A DNA stretch of 63,944 nucleotides, counting the filler, from Reticulomyxa filosa (taxonomy: Eukaryota; Protista; Foraminifera): assembly GCA_000512085.1 (NCBI GenBank). It is 24 parts of 24 records of this genome, joined end to end, with 100 filler letters (N's around TTAATTAATTAA, not from the genome) between each part and the next. Parts side by side here need not be neighbours in the genome. Positions count along the whole stretch, not along the records: positions 38,776 to 40,314 come from ASPP01018763.1; positions 40,415 to 41,453 come from ASPP01016728.1; positions 41,554 to 43,053 come from ASPP01006889.1; positions 43,154 to 44,794 come from ASPP01023036.1; positions 44,895 to 50,693 come from ASPP01011194.1; positions 50,794 to 52,485 come from ASPP01004103.1; 18 more parts are not named here. The stretch is one strand, 5' to 3'. The position numbers and the translations under genes were made by a program. Within the stretch, counting starts at the first letter, position 1. Each line of letters opens with the position of its first letter. The notes beneath the pieces were generated by a model. That model was not told the DNA's origin, did no database searches, and saw nothing but the letters and a program-made list of their open reading frames with translations. This document shows, in pieces, positions 38,776-51,086 of the stretch.

Positions 38776-38814
<39 letters not shown>

Positions 38815-38936
38815 AAAATTGAAATAATAATAATAAAGAGTGAAAAAAAAAACGCAATTCAAATAAATTAAATAAAATCAAATTATATTCAAATTAAAAA
38901 AAAATATATATATATATGCATATATACAAAACATAC

Positions 38937-40314
38937 TTTGTCATCTTCTTGTTTGACTTCTTTTTCTTCGGTTTTTGCGAAATTGAGACCCAATTCGGCA
39001 AACGGGGACATTCTCAACACCTTGAAGTTGTCGACGAGTGCTCTGATGATGTCTTTGACGAGCTTGTAAACTGTTTTCCATCGCGAGCCGCTCATACCGG
39101 CTTGTTTGCGCGAGGCGCTGTCAAAATAAAAGGAAACCAAGATGGAGTTGGCAGTGATCTGAGCCTGCTGTGAGTTGGCGAGTTTGCATTGCTCGGCAAT
39201 CTTTTTGAGTTTTTCGACGACCTCGTTGCGATCGACGCCTGTTTTGCCGCGCATTTTCAGCGCTTCAGAAAACTCTCGTTGGATCACTCTCACGGGCCAC
39301 TGTTGCACCTGCCCTTTCTCTGCGCTTTTCGGCTCCTCTTCGGCTTTGCTTTCTGTCGCTGTTGTTTTATCTGTTTTTTCAGCTTTTTCTGCTTTTTCCA
39401 GTTTCTCGGGTCTTTTTCTTCTTCGCCTTGTTGCTTGAGCAGGGCCTTTGCCTTTCATCCTTTTTTGAATATTATTAATGTTATTTGTATTTTATTTGTT
39501 TGAGCGCACTTCAAACAGACAAAAAAAAAACATTGACATTAACCAAAAAGATCTTTGTTTCATTTGTGCCAAAAGGGCTTCTCCAAACACGCCAATGTCA
39601 CCTTCAGTTGTGGTCGTTCGTTGTTGAACTTCGGTGTGCTCCGCATCGCTATCATGATGACTGCTGCTCTCATCCCATTCCACATCGTCCACATCCTTGT
39701 CTCTGCGCTTGCGCTTACCCTCGTCAATGTCGTCCTCGTCCTCATCCTCGTCCACGTCTTCGTCGGCGTCTCCCAACACATCTCTCTCTTGATCCTCGTC
39801 TTCTTCCTCTTCCGCCTCTTGGTCCTCGTCCTCCTCCTTCTCTTTCTCTTTCTCTTCATCCTTGTCTTCTTCTTCTTCTTCGTCTTTTTCTTCAGCGACT
39901 TTTCCTGCTGCTTCGTCCTCCTCGTCTTCTTGGGGCTCCTCTTCCTCTTCGTCTTCTTCCTCCTCGTCGTACTCTTCCACTTCCCCTTCCATTTCAAAAT
40001 CCGATTTTTGGTCTGCCCAAAACGACGCATCCTAGGTTCACACGATATTTTTTTTTTTTTTTACACTTTTTTTTTTTGAAAAACGGGAGGGTTTCTTTTG
40101 TTCTCTTTTCTTTATTCCTTTTTCTATTTCTTTTTTTCTTTTTTCTATTTCTTTTTCCTTGTCTTTCTCTCCCTGAGGACAGGGGAGAAAGGAGGAGGGG
40201 AGGGATGTGTGGTGCACATAGGGTGCGATTTTGCGAGGGTTATTCAAACTGCTGTCTTAATTTTCCTTCCCTCTTGGGTCCCATGACTCTTTTATAACCT
40301 CTTCTTTTTTTTTT
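38937..40314 (-). CDS. EIF3C: Translation initiation factor 3 subunit C (NIP1/eIF3c), internal multi-exon fragment
   Basis: Acidic tract and WDESSS, then RGKTGVDR.E.VE.L and SFYFD......MS...WK, which match the eIF3c N-terminal region. Confidence 0.7.
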
Positions 40315-40429
40315 NNNNNNNNNNNNNNNNNNNNNNNNNNNNNNNNNNNNNNNNNNNNTTAATTAATTAANNNNNNNNNNNNNNNNNNNNNNNNNNNNNN
40401 NNNNNNNNNNNNNNAAAAAAAAAAAAAAA

Positions 40430-41375
40430 AGAAGAAGAAGAAAAGCAAATTGTGATAACATGCCCATCAATATATGTGACAATGGAAATGGAAGAATTGG
40501 ATGTGTTGCAAAGGAAACATCTAACAAAATCGGGTGACTTGGGCCGAGAGAATAACAGTTTGTTGGGTCGCTTGGAACGGAAAATTAACACAAGTTTGGA
40601 CGAATTTGCAAAAAAAGAAAAAAGTGCATTCGAACAGAAACACTTTTTGGCAGACGAATTTTTTGTAAAATTGTCCACGAGGTCGCCGAAAGATGCCACT
40701 GGGGTCACTTTGAAAACGCATGGACATCTAACCAGACTGCAGCGTATTTACGAAATTGCTGATAAATTGAAAGTGCGTAATGGACATCAGGCTGTTGAAC
40801 TGCTTAGCAGTTCATATCGTGTCTTCAGCGACATTGCCAATTTCAAAAAATTCCAAGTCGCTTTTGTGCATCCTTTAAATATCATCATTCGCCAATACTT
40901 CAAATATTTTAATCCTGTCATGGAATTTCGATGCTTTGTTTTTCAACGCCAGTTGAATGCTATTTCGCAATATCTTTGCTATGATAATTTTGATCATTTA
41001 CAAGTTTATTTCACTTTATACGTATACATTTGTTTGCACATTGGACACATTGTCTTTTGAAAATATAATATGTTAAAGGATATCAAAACAATAACTCGGA
41101 CAAGGGAATTGATTATATCTTTTTATACCATTGTTAAAGAGAAATTACCTTATGTTAATTATGTAATGGACGTTTTTGTTGATCTGGAAAATGAACATGT
41201 TTTCATTGTTGAAATAAATCCTTTTGGTGCTCACTCTTCCAGTGGATCCGCTTTATTTGAATGGAAAAAGGATTTCGATATCTTGTATCACCGACAATCT
41301 GATCAAAATAAGTCTAGTAACTATTTTCCAGTTGTTCGTATCGCAAAAATGAAACAAAAATCTGATCCCAGTTAA
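40430..41375 (+). CDS. Cdc123/R2K-clade ATP-grasp protein, 3' part; intron 41004-41078
   Basis: FFVKLSTRSPKDA, LL.SS.RV..D, IIIRQY....P.MEFRCFV....LNAISQY, YVMDV......V..VEINPF......ALF.W. Confidence 0.85.
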
Positions 41376-41399
41376 TTTTTTTTTTTTTTTGTTACGAAT

Positions 41400-41433
41400 C
41401 AGTAGGTTGCAAAGAAAACTGAACGTCTAAAAC
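41400..41433 (+). mobile_element. Terminus of the Tc1-like TIR family (second subfamily)
   Basis: CAGTAGGTTGCAAAGAAAACTGAACGTCTAA matches the reverse complement of 14097-14126 and 26737-26763; preceded by AT rather than TA. Confidence 0.55.
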
Positions 41434-41664
41434 ATATATTATGATGATAATTGNNNNNNNNNNNNNNNNNNNNNNNNNNNNNNNNNNNNNNNNNNNNTTA
41501 ATTAATTAANNNNNNNNNNNNNNNNNNNNNNNNNNNNNNNNNNNNNNNNNNNNTTTTTTTTTTTTTGTGCAAGGACAACATTTGAATTTTTTAACGCTCA
41601 CCAAAAACTTTGCGCAGGATCCAACTTCACACCATTTTCTCAAAGACACAAAACAATTTTTAGG

Positions 41665-42949
41665 ATGACTCAAAGAGCAACAGTGAAATTTGAGCTGGTT
41701 CCAACTGAGACTCTATTCCTCGAGGAGTCTTCCGACGGCTGTGTGGTCGAAATTGCCACGAAAGAACCCAAAACATCATTAAGCAAACTCAGAGTGTCTG
41801 GCGAGATCGCAAGAACGAAGCAAGAGTCTGATTTCAAATGGGCTTGCAAACGTGTCTCGCGGAGATGTACATCCTTGTATATACGTGTTGCTCACTATCT
41901 CCGCTTGTGTTGTAGCTGCTTGCACTCAAAAATGTGGGCTCCATTTCTTACAGGTTTTGAACACATTATTTTTCACAGCCAAAGTAGTAAGATACATTTG
42001 AGGAACTTTTTTACTTAAAAAAAAAAAAAAAAGTGTTTTTATTGACAACGGTTATATATCAACTTAGGAAAACGTTTTTGTTTTTTTTTTTTTTAAAGAA
42101 AAAAATTTCTTCTTTATTTTTTTTTTTTTTTTAAAAAAGACTGAATAAAAAAAGGAGTTAATAATGTACCCTTCCAAATAGCATAAAAATGAAAAGAAGG
42201 AGTTGCAATAAAATGCAAAAAGTAGCGTCATTGCCTAACCTCCTCCCCTCTCTTTTTTCCGGGGAAAAACACAATGCACAAAAACAAACAAAGAAACAAA
42301 CAAAGGGACATTATTTTATTGGAATTGGAGCAAGCAAGAAGTGAGAAGACACAAATGGAGTTATGCGATTGGGACACTCGTATGCACGATAGTGACGGCA
42401 GTGGCAGCGCTAATGAGCACCATGACGGACTACTCCCCTATGGTAAACTTGCAACGAGCCGAGGAGCGATCGGGCCAAAGCGACATTGTAATCGAAGCGT
42501 CCAAGTCTCCTTACCTCAATGTCAGCGCATTGACAAAGTTGCTCGCAACGATCCCCGAACAGCACTTTGTCGGGATTGCGCCTCGCTACGTATGGGACTC
42601 CAAAAGCACCATATATTGGACGGACAAATGCACAAAATCGTTTGACTGCAATGACGTCGAGGAATTGTACAAGTACGATACATCCGACTGCCGTTGCCAA
42701 ACCAAGTTCGACAGCTCGTATCCAAAGACTTGCAGTTTCGCACATGCTCAATCGGGCACTTTTTGGCTGCTCGACTTTGATACAGAGCATGTCTTGGGTA
42801 TTGGCAGAGGCTTCTCCATGGTCGACAAGCCAGGTTTCGGAGAAGTCGTTGTCAATCAAAACACCGCTCGTGCACGCAATATGGACGTTGGGAGCATCGT
42901 GCTCTTGCGACTTGCTTTGCAAAACTCTCTCAACAAACATGAATTGCTA
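41665..42949 (+). CDS. FtsX-like (ABC3) permease-family protein, 5' exons
   Basis: VRRHKW.Y.IG...C.IV..V.A...T....SP.V.L..AE...GQ.DIVI and GIGR.F.....G.GEVVV....A.....VG..V.L, typical of protist FtsX-like permeases. Confidence 0.65.
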
Positions 42950-43014
42950 GTACGTATACATATATGTACAAAAATAGTATAATAATTTCAAAAAGTCTTT
43001 ATGGTATATTTAAA

Positions 43015-43053
<39 letters not shown>

Positions 43054-44915
43054 NNNNNNNNNNNNNNNNNNNNNNNNNNNNNNNNNNNNNNNNNNNNTTA
43101 ATTAATTAANNNNNNNNNNNNNNNNNNNNNNNNNNNNNNNNNNNNNNNNNNNNATGAACATATCATACCGCAACTTGTTTAATATCGGAATCGCCAATGA
43201 GGTACTGCCATGCGATTCATTGTTGACAGTGTGAATTTCACAAAATGATCGTTGAAAAGCACATTGTTGCAAGTAGGGTCAACGAATGGAGAGGAGTTGT
43301 GCAAGCGTCGACTAGCACGTCATTCATGCAATGGTTCAATCTATCCATCAACGATATGCAATTCACGAATTGGATAACTTGTAACTGACATTTCATATTC
43401 GTCACAAATTATCGAATAGATAATAAACACGATATCAAAGGTGTCTAGTCGAATTATACAATTCCAAGCATCGCTCATTGGCTTGGACTGGAGACTCGTG
43501 ATATTCTAAAATATTATTTACAAACTAACTCCTACTGTACGTGCAAAATAACGCACTTGTCCATATCTGATATCGTGCTGCAACATTGCAAATTCGTCAA
43601 CATTGATGCATATGCGATAAAACATACACGAATAATATCATAACAAAAAGAGATAAATAGTATAATATTATTTTAGTTATATAGCATATATTGAAAAAAA
43701 CTTATGTAAATGACATTCAATTCAATAAATGCTTGAAATATAACATTATAGCTAAGTTACTCATTCATGACAACAATTTGCAATGACATATTTACAAAAA
43801 AGTAAAAACTTTGTCTGAGCTATGAAATTTTTTTTAACAACAATGGACTGCTGCTGTGCATTTTAACGAGTATCAACTACAGCAACGTGGTTGTTAAGCG
43901 TTAGTATAACAGTTGCGATAAACTATTGACGCTTGGATATAATCCCAAAGAATAAATTCACACAAGCCTTCAAGAATTTTGTAGAAACTAATATAAAAAT
44001 TAGAAACCAAGTTTTTTTTCTATTATCACAACAAAAAAAAATCCTTGTTAGGTTTTTCCACTCCGATAAAAAACGGAAAAATTTGTTTTTTTATTTGTGC
44101 ATTTTGTAACAACAGCAATCCTTCGTAATTTGAATCTGTATCATTCCAAAAGACAATCAAAGTTCTTTTTTTGTGTGTTTACAAATGCAATATATACTTA
44201 ACAACTCGTTACTTTTTAAAAAAAAATTTTTCATTGCATTATTCGTGTATACAGTGACAAAAGAAAGCTACAAACTGTAAGAAACAGTATGAAGTGAAGA
44301 ACACTATCTCATCCTTAGAATGATCAAAGTTCGAACTGAGCGTCTGGTTTCCCAAAAATTCAACTAAAAAAACCCAACAATTTCTTTTTTTTTTTTATCA
44401 CAAAGCTAGTTTTTAAAAGTGTTGCTCCACGGCAATATTTACATTACAATTTCAATACAATGCTTACCATGCTTATTCTTCAATAGTTCATTATTTTTTT
44501 TTTACTATGAAAATTTAACTCTTCCACAAAAAAAATTATTTTCTTATTTTTTTTTCATTCAGCAAGTATGCTTAATTTGCACACTCCTGGTGAAAATTAA
44601 TTTACAAATAAGTAATCAATACTCAACGTACAACAGCCTTATTTTTGTAGAACTTTAAAAACTCTTTTTTTTTTTGACATGGCAGTATCAAGACGTTTAT
44701 TGGAGCAGTATTCAGAGCAAAGCCCATCGTTGACGTGGGATATCACTTCATTTGTTGATTATATTTTGTTGGACTACTGTTATAACAGAAGCGGNNNNNN
44801 NNNNNNNNNNNNNNNNNNNNNNNNNNNNNNNNNNNNNNTTAATTAATTAANNNNNNNNNNNNNNNNNNNNNNNNNNNNNNNNNNNNNNNNNNNNTTTTTT
44901 TTTTTTTGTCTTAAC

Positions 44916-45299
44916 TTCAGCTTCTCTTCTGACAACTTCAACACATTCGTCAATCACTCGTGATCCTTCTGTGTAATATCCTTTCCCCCAATTGTTTCCT
45001 GTTCCATCTTTTCCAGAGATGAAGTTGTCAGATTTAAACATTTTTGCAGTTGGTGCAGCTTTAATCGACTCCAATATTCCTGGTTCCAAATCGACTAATA
45101 TTGCTCGAGGGACAAATTGTTTTTCTTCATCTCTGAAGTACACACCGATTTTTTCCAAAAGCTCGTTGTGTCGTCTGTCGCTTGAAACAAATTTTCCATC
45201 TTCTGTCAAGTGATGTTCTTTACATATTAACTCCCAAAACATGCTACCGATTTGGTTGCCACATTCACCTACTTGAATGTGGACAATCTCACGCACCAT
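44916..45299 (-). CDS. Divergent (foraminiferan type 2-like) beta-tubulin, first exon, 128 aa
   Basis: MVREIVHIQVGECGNQIG..FW..I..EH, VPRAILVDLEPG, GNNWGKGYYTEG...D...VVRREAE. Confidence 0.92.
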
Positions 45300-45920
45300 C
45301 TTTTAATTCTTTGGGCTACTACCAAAAGTAAAAGTGTTTGACAAAACTTTTAACAAATTTTTCGCGTTGTATTGCAATTATGTTAAAAATTGACACAATT
45401 TCTTGCAAGTATTCGTTGATAGCACAAATTGATCGGATTTGAACCATTTCAAATTTTCATTGTTGCTCTTGTATCATTTGTCTTTGAGTAAATTAAGAAG
45501 TTGATAAATTTTGTCTCTTCACTTTTTGAAAAATTTATAATTTTGATGACGAACACGCAGTTCATTGAAATTTAAACCAAAACAATAATAAAAAGGGGAA
45601 ACTTAAGATTTTGAAATGAATTTGTGTTTTCTGATGATGAAAAGAGACTTTTTCCACAGTTTATATCAAAAAAAACAAACGGTATCAAAGTCAGCATAAA
45701 CGTAGTATACTTTTTATTTGATTCGTGGCAATAAAGATCACGAAATTTTGCGCAGTGATTACACAATATGACAAGAGATATCTTTGTTTTTTTATTTTGA
45801 TATGAAATCACACATTTTGTGACCCAAAAATGTTAACACAATCAAAAGCCGTAGTTTGAATAGTCAATGTCATGGACATTGAGGACTGTGTGTTTTTTTT
45901 TTTATGCAAAGTTTAATCGC

Positions 45921-47732
45921 TCATTTTTTTTTTAATTCTTCGCGGGGGTTAATGTATTCATCATCACTACCAAAATCCTTCATCGCTTCTCCAGTTTTGG
46001 AAGATGGTCGATACGTATCCTGTTCTATTTCTTTTTCCAACTTAATGGCTTTCGTTCTTTCTTGGTGTCTTTCGCGGCTACGACTCCTGTCGTCACCAGA
46101 GGTGTCCCGTCTATTTTTATAAGCCTTGTGATCTCTTTCATCATCACTTTTCTGCAACTGTTTTCCAAAACGGAGCATTCTGGTCCTTATTCTATGCGGA
46201 TGTACGTACACGTATAGTAAACGTAAGCGGCCGGAATTAATTGTGTGCATTGAATGTTCTCCTCAAATCATGTAAAATTTATAATTGTGGCAATTTTTTT
46301 TGTTTGTTTATTTGTTTGTTTAATAATTTTTTTCCAAAACTTGTTTTGATCAACATCGGCCCAAACAATGTCATCGGCATTGCGACGATGTCTGTCATGT
46401 TGTCTAGGTGAACTAAAATGTCCACGATTGTGTCTTTGTGTATTGGAGGAGATGCGAAAGCTTCTATTTCTGTTGTCAGCATAATTATTATTCCCATTTC
46501 TACTTCTATTTCCATTTCTATTTCTATTTCGAATTCTGTCAAAGTTTCTGTTTCTGTCTCTGTCTCTGTCTCTATCTCTATCTCTTTCTCTGTTTTGGAA
46601 TGTCTTTTGTTTCGATTGCTGAAAAGCATCGGCGATAGCTTTGTCGCCAAAGCGCTTTCGCCTTGCCGACAATATTTCACCCGTCAAGCCTTTGGAGACT
46701 TCATTTTCTCCAAACAACGACTCGACGCTGAAGTCATTAAAGTCATCGCTTTTTTCAGTCTTTATGTTCTTTGTATCGTGTATTTCGTTTGGGTTTTGGT
46801 TTTCTGCTTTGTTTCCATTTGCATTATCACTTGTTGCGCTTTCTCCATTTGCATTTGTATCGTCGCCACCGTCGTTGTCGTTGTCATTATCGCTTGATCT
46901 GTTCTTGTCTTTGTATTCATCCGCCCTCGACTTCAGAAATCGCTGCTTTCGCAACATGCGTTTGGTTTGCTCTGGCATGGACTGAAGTCCGTATCTTTTT
47001 ATCCGCTCTTGCCTTTTCAGGATTAATTCCGCTGTCGTCACTCCCAAATTCTGGGAAATGGCTTCCGCTTTTGCGCCGGCCTTTTTTTTTTTTCGTCGCT
47101 TTGCGCATCCATTTCCCACACACGCAAATCCTCCGGCAAGCCTTCCATTTCAATTCGTCTGTTGCAAACCAACCCCCCCCCCCGTCACATAAGTGTGGCA
47201 ATCATGACACTCATTGCAATGAATTTATAACACTAAAGTTTTTTTTTTTTTATCCCTTTTTTTTTTTTAATTGAATTGAAACGACCCCAAAAAAAAAAAA
47301 AAATTACTTTTTTTTTGTCCTTTCAAAGAAAACAAAAAAAACCTGGTTGTTTGTTTTTTTTTTTCCAACGGGACTCTCTTGGATAGGTTTGTCTGCGTCC
47401 ACATCTTCATGGCTGTTGTCCGCCGGTTCTTCTTTATGAACTTCGGTCCCATTCGAAGGGATTGTTGCCGTTGTTGCTGCTGTTGCTATCGTTGCTGGTG
47501 GTGCGCTATCTACTTTATTGGCTTCGCTTGCTTTGCTCACTGGATTGTTGGAATGCACTGCTTCTAGCTTCACTTCATTGGCCGCCGTCTCCGATTTCAA
47601 TGTGTCCAACAAACGCTGAACCAATTCTGGTTTGTTCCCTTTCACTGGCAAATGGTGCTCTTTTAAACGCTCTTTCAATTGAGTCACTGTCATTGACCTA
47701 ATTTCTTCTATCGATGCTCCATGTAACGACAT
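45921..47732 (-). CDS. SAP-domain protein, THO1/SARNP(CIP29)-like, multi-exon
   Basis: MTVTQLKERLK...LPVKG.K.ELV.RL (SAP); repeated R..R[FY]G motifs (ERIKRYG, RRKRFG, RMLRFG); RD/RS-rich region. Confidence 0.7.
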
Positions 47733-48443
47733 TGAGTTTGTTATGTTATTCTTGGCTGGAATTTTATGTTATTGTTATCATTATTATTATTATTATTATT
47801 ATTGTCATTATTGTTATCATCATTATTCTTATTATTTTGTTCCTTTATTGGAATATTGCATGCCCCAAACGGAATCAACGGTCCAAAACGAAAGAAGAAG
47901 TAAAAGGAGGGGCTGAGGGAAAAGAATTAAGAGAGAAGAATTCGCAACAACAAAATATTGTCACTTCTCTCGTGTTTGGTCGTTGTTTCAATTTACTTTG
48001 GAAGAGAGCCCACATATGCAATTACGACTAGATGAAAGAGAAGATTAATACATCTACGGACATATCATTATACAAACCTTGTTGAAAAGATAACAATGGA
48101 ACAAGCAAACGTTTGAATTAATTGACTTGAAAGGGAAAAATAAAATGCTTCAGTTTGTTCCTGTCAAATCCTAAAAAAGTTTACCAGCTTCATTCTTACT
48201 TTTGGATAGTATTATCACATTGACCAAAGCATAAACTATTTGCTGTTTGGTAATACGTGTGCTTCTTTTTTTAATATTAAATTATCCAACTTATCAACAG
48301 AAAATCATTTTATCCAATCAATTGAATTGTATCAAATAGAATTCTTTTAACAACGTCAAATACATTAGATGGTAGAAAAATCCTTTGAATTGAAGCACAC
48401 TGATTTTCTCTCAATGTAACAGACAGAAAACAAGTAGTGCAAG

Positions 48444-49936
48444 ATGGCACAAACTCTAAGAAATAAGTCTCCATCTGAAAAAGGAGAAGAGCCCCTATCA
48501 GCAGATTATAGTAATAATGCATCTTCATCAAGGCCAAAAAATGCAACAGCGCCTAGGAGGAAAATCGCGAGGTTTCCAGCTCCAAGATTCAGGAAATTTT
48601 GGAGCAAAATCTCGCGAACTGGCAGAAATTTTGAGTCAAAAGAAAAAGAATCAGCTCATGAGCAGCAAGAAGAAGAAGTGGAAGATCCCCCTGTGGTAAT
48701 AACAGCATCGAACACCACAGATGAAATTGAGCCCAAAACGGGCGTGAATGGGCATGAGAAGCACCACATTCAAACTCGTTTGGTGTGGTCTCCGCGAGCA
48801 GTGTTAGCGGTGGCATTATATTTAATACTTGGACCAACTTTAATAATGCTCAACAAATACATTTTGGGTTCATTAAAGTTCAAATATCCGATACTTTTGG
48901 CGGCATTGGGAATGTTATTTAGCGGTATCATTGTCCACGGACTTGTATTTTTCAATCGAATCACGATCCGTAAAAATGTTCAACAAGTGATGACCTGGAA
49001 ATTTTTCGTTGTTCGAATAGGTTTAAAGCATGTGTGTGTGTTTTGTGTTTATTCAAAAAGAGGATAACAAGAGCAGATCTCTGTGTATATGTACATCAAT
49101 ATACATACATATGTATACGTATACGTATACGTTTGTCAACACTTTGGCACATAAATTGATTCATTAAAAAAAAAAAAAAAGGGATTTTGGCATTGTTTCA
49201 AGCCCTTACACTGAACTTTGGCAATCGCGTCTACGTGCACCTTAGTGTCTCATTGATACAAATGCTGAAGTCATTCACCCCAGTGATGGTAATGACGATG
49301 CTGTTTTTATTTCGCCTGGATATTCCAACATGCCAATTGGTGATATCAATAGTGCTGTTGTCGCTAGGCACCGCGATTACGTCCACTGGTGTTTCAGGCG
49401 CAGATTCTTCTTCCATTGGATTTGTGTACATGTTTTTGGCCGAGTTTTGCGAAGCAATGAAGTTGGTGTTGACTCAGAAGCTGCTGCAAGGAGTAAATGC
49501 ACCTGCGGCAACTCAGAGCCATTCTGCCGAAAAAGGTGCGTCGACAAACTCAAAAATGGACGTCAAATTTACGGAGTTTGAGGGGCTCTATTATTATGCG
49601 CCCACAGCAACATTTTGGATGTGCGTACTTGCTTTGCCATTGGAGATTCCATCCTTGCTGGAAGAGTGGACAACCAAAAATGCGGCCATTGTGTCGCAGT
49701 ATTGGCATCTGTTTATTCTTGCTGGCTTTTTGGGATTTGGAGTCAACATTTCTGGATGGATGGTGACCGGGGTGATCTCCTCTTTGTATTTGAAAGCTTT
49801 GGCCGTGTTTAGAAACAGCTGCTTAGTGCTTTTCAATGTTGTATTCCTTGGTGAAATTGTCACAGCACAACAGTTTGCAGGATATGTCATCACTCTCATT
49901 GGCTTTGCTTATTACAATTTTTTGAAAATGAATTAG
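48444..49936 (+). CDS. Triose-phosphate/nucleotide-sugar transporter (TPT/SLC35) family; exons 48444-49020 and 49182-49936
   Basis: LIMLNKYIL....FKYP..L, GN.VY..LSVS.IQMLKSFTPV, EA.KLVL.QKLL, LYYYAP, GY.I.L.G..YYN. Confidence 0.9.
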
Positions 49937-50460
49937 GTTTTTATTTTTCGCCTCGTCTGTTCCCGTATCCTCGTTTGTCGCCAGTTTTTACTCCTTTTTT
50001 TCTTTTCTCAACTTTATCACTTGAAATAACTTCAATTCACTTACATAAGAAGGGAGAGGAGAGGATGAGTCTTTCTTCAAACATATGTTATATTCTAACA
50101 TTTTTAATCAATATACTCAACATTTTCCATAGCCATTGATCTGGAAATACAATGTATATTTTTTAACAGATAAAAAAAACAATTTTCCGTGTGTTTGAAA
50201 ATAGTGCAAGATCGGGTTTAAATCTCGTAATTGCTGTGTAAAGCGCTCAGCATTTAATTTACAATGCAATAGATTGTATTGTGACCAAGAATTACATTGT
50301 GCATTGAAAAACTAAATCTTGAGCAAACCAAATTTAAAAAAAAAAAACAAAACAAAAAAAAAAAGGTTAAGTGCAATGCTAAAAATAGAAAAAAAAAAAA
50401 AATCATATTACTGAAAAAAAAGACAGACCCACCATTCAACAATGGCCATTTTACTTTTTT

Positions 50461-50653
50461 TTCAACTTGTTGAAATATTTTCATCTTCTTTTACATCTTC
50501 ACCAATATTTTTTGAGTGGTCATTATTCTGGGAAGCCTTATCCTCATTGTTGTCTTCCACAGCCAATACGTCTTCAAAACTTTCAAAAGATGAGGAATCT
50601 AACGTTCCTTTCCACACCAGTACAAAATGAAATGAAGAGCATATTGCAATCCA

Positions 50654-50655
<2 letters not shown>
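50461..50655 (-). CDS. Last exon of an unidentified protein
   Basis: After an A-tract-AG acceptor: AWIAICSSFHFVLVWKGTLDSSSFESFEDVLAVEDNNED...STS*. Confidence 0.35.
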
Positions 50656-50693
<38 letters not shown>

Positions 50694-50805
50694 NNNNNNN
50701 NNNNNNNNNNNNNNNNNNNNNNNNNNNNNNNNNNNNNTTAATTAATTAANNNNNNNNNNNNNNNNNNNNNNNNNNNNNNNNNNNNNNNNNNNNATATTTT
50801 ATAGT

Positions 50806-51086
50806 CATTGATATATGATTTATATGGCATGTCTATTCATTCTGGAAGTGCCAGAAGTGGCCATTATTTTGCTTATATCAAATGTGGACAACAATGGTTT
50901 AACTGCAACGACTCTAGTGTTACTCGAATTTCGGAGTCACAGGTATTATATGTAAATCTGTTTACATTTCTTTTTCATAATAATAATTACTATTTGTATT
51001 GCTGTGAAATAAAGGTGGCTGATAATGGTCAAGGATATGTGTTTTTCTATCGAAGGAAAACATCAGGCTTGAATACAAGGAAATAG
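50806..51086 (+). CDS. Ubiquitin-specific protease (peptidase C19), His-box end; intron 50943-51014
   Basis: YDLYG..IHSG...SGHYFAYIK....WF.CNDSSV..IS...V.....YVFFYRR. Confidence 0.9.

Noticed and set aside
39485-40297. Long + strand ORFs (also 46418-47274 + and 54630-55001 -)
   Set aside because: Antisense shadows of low-complexity acidic or basic coding sequence on the other strand.
43154-43640. Coding-like GC-moderate block
   Set aside because: Stops in all frames and no recognisable motif.
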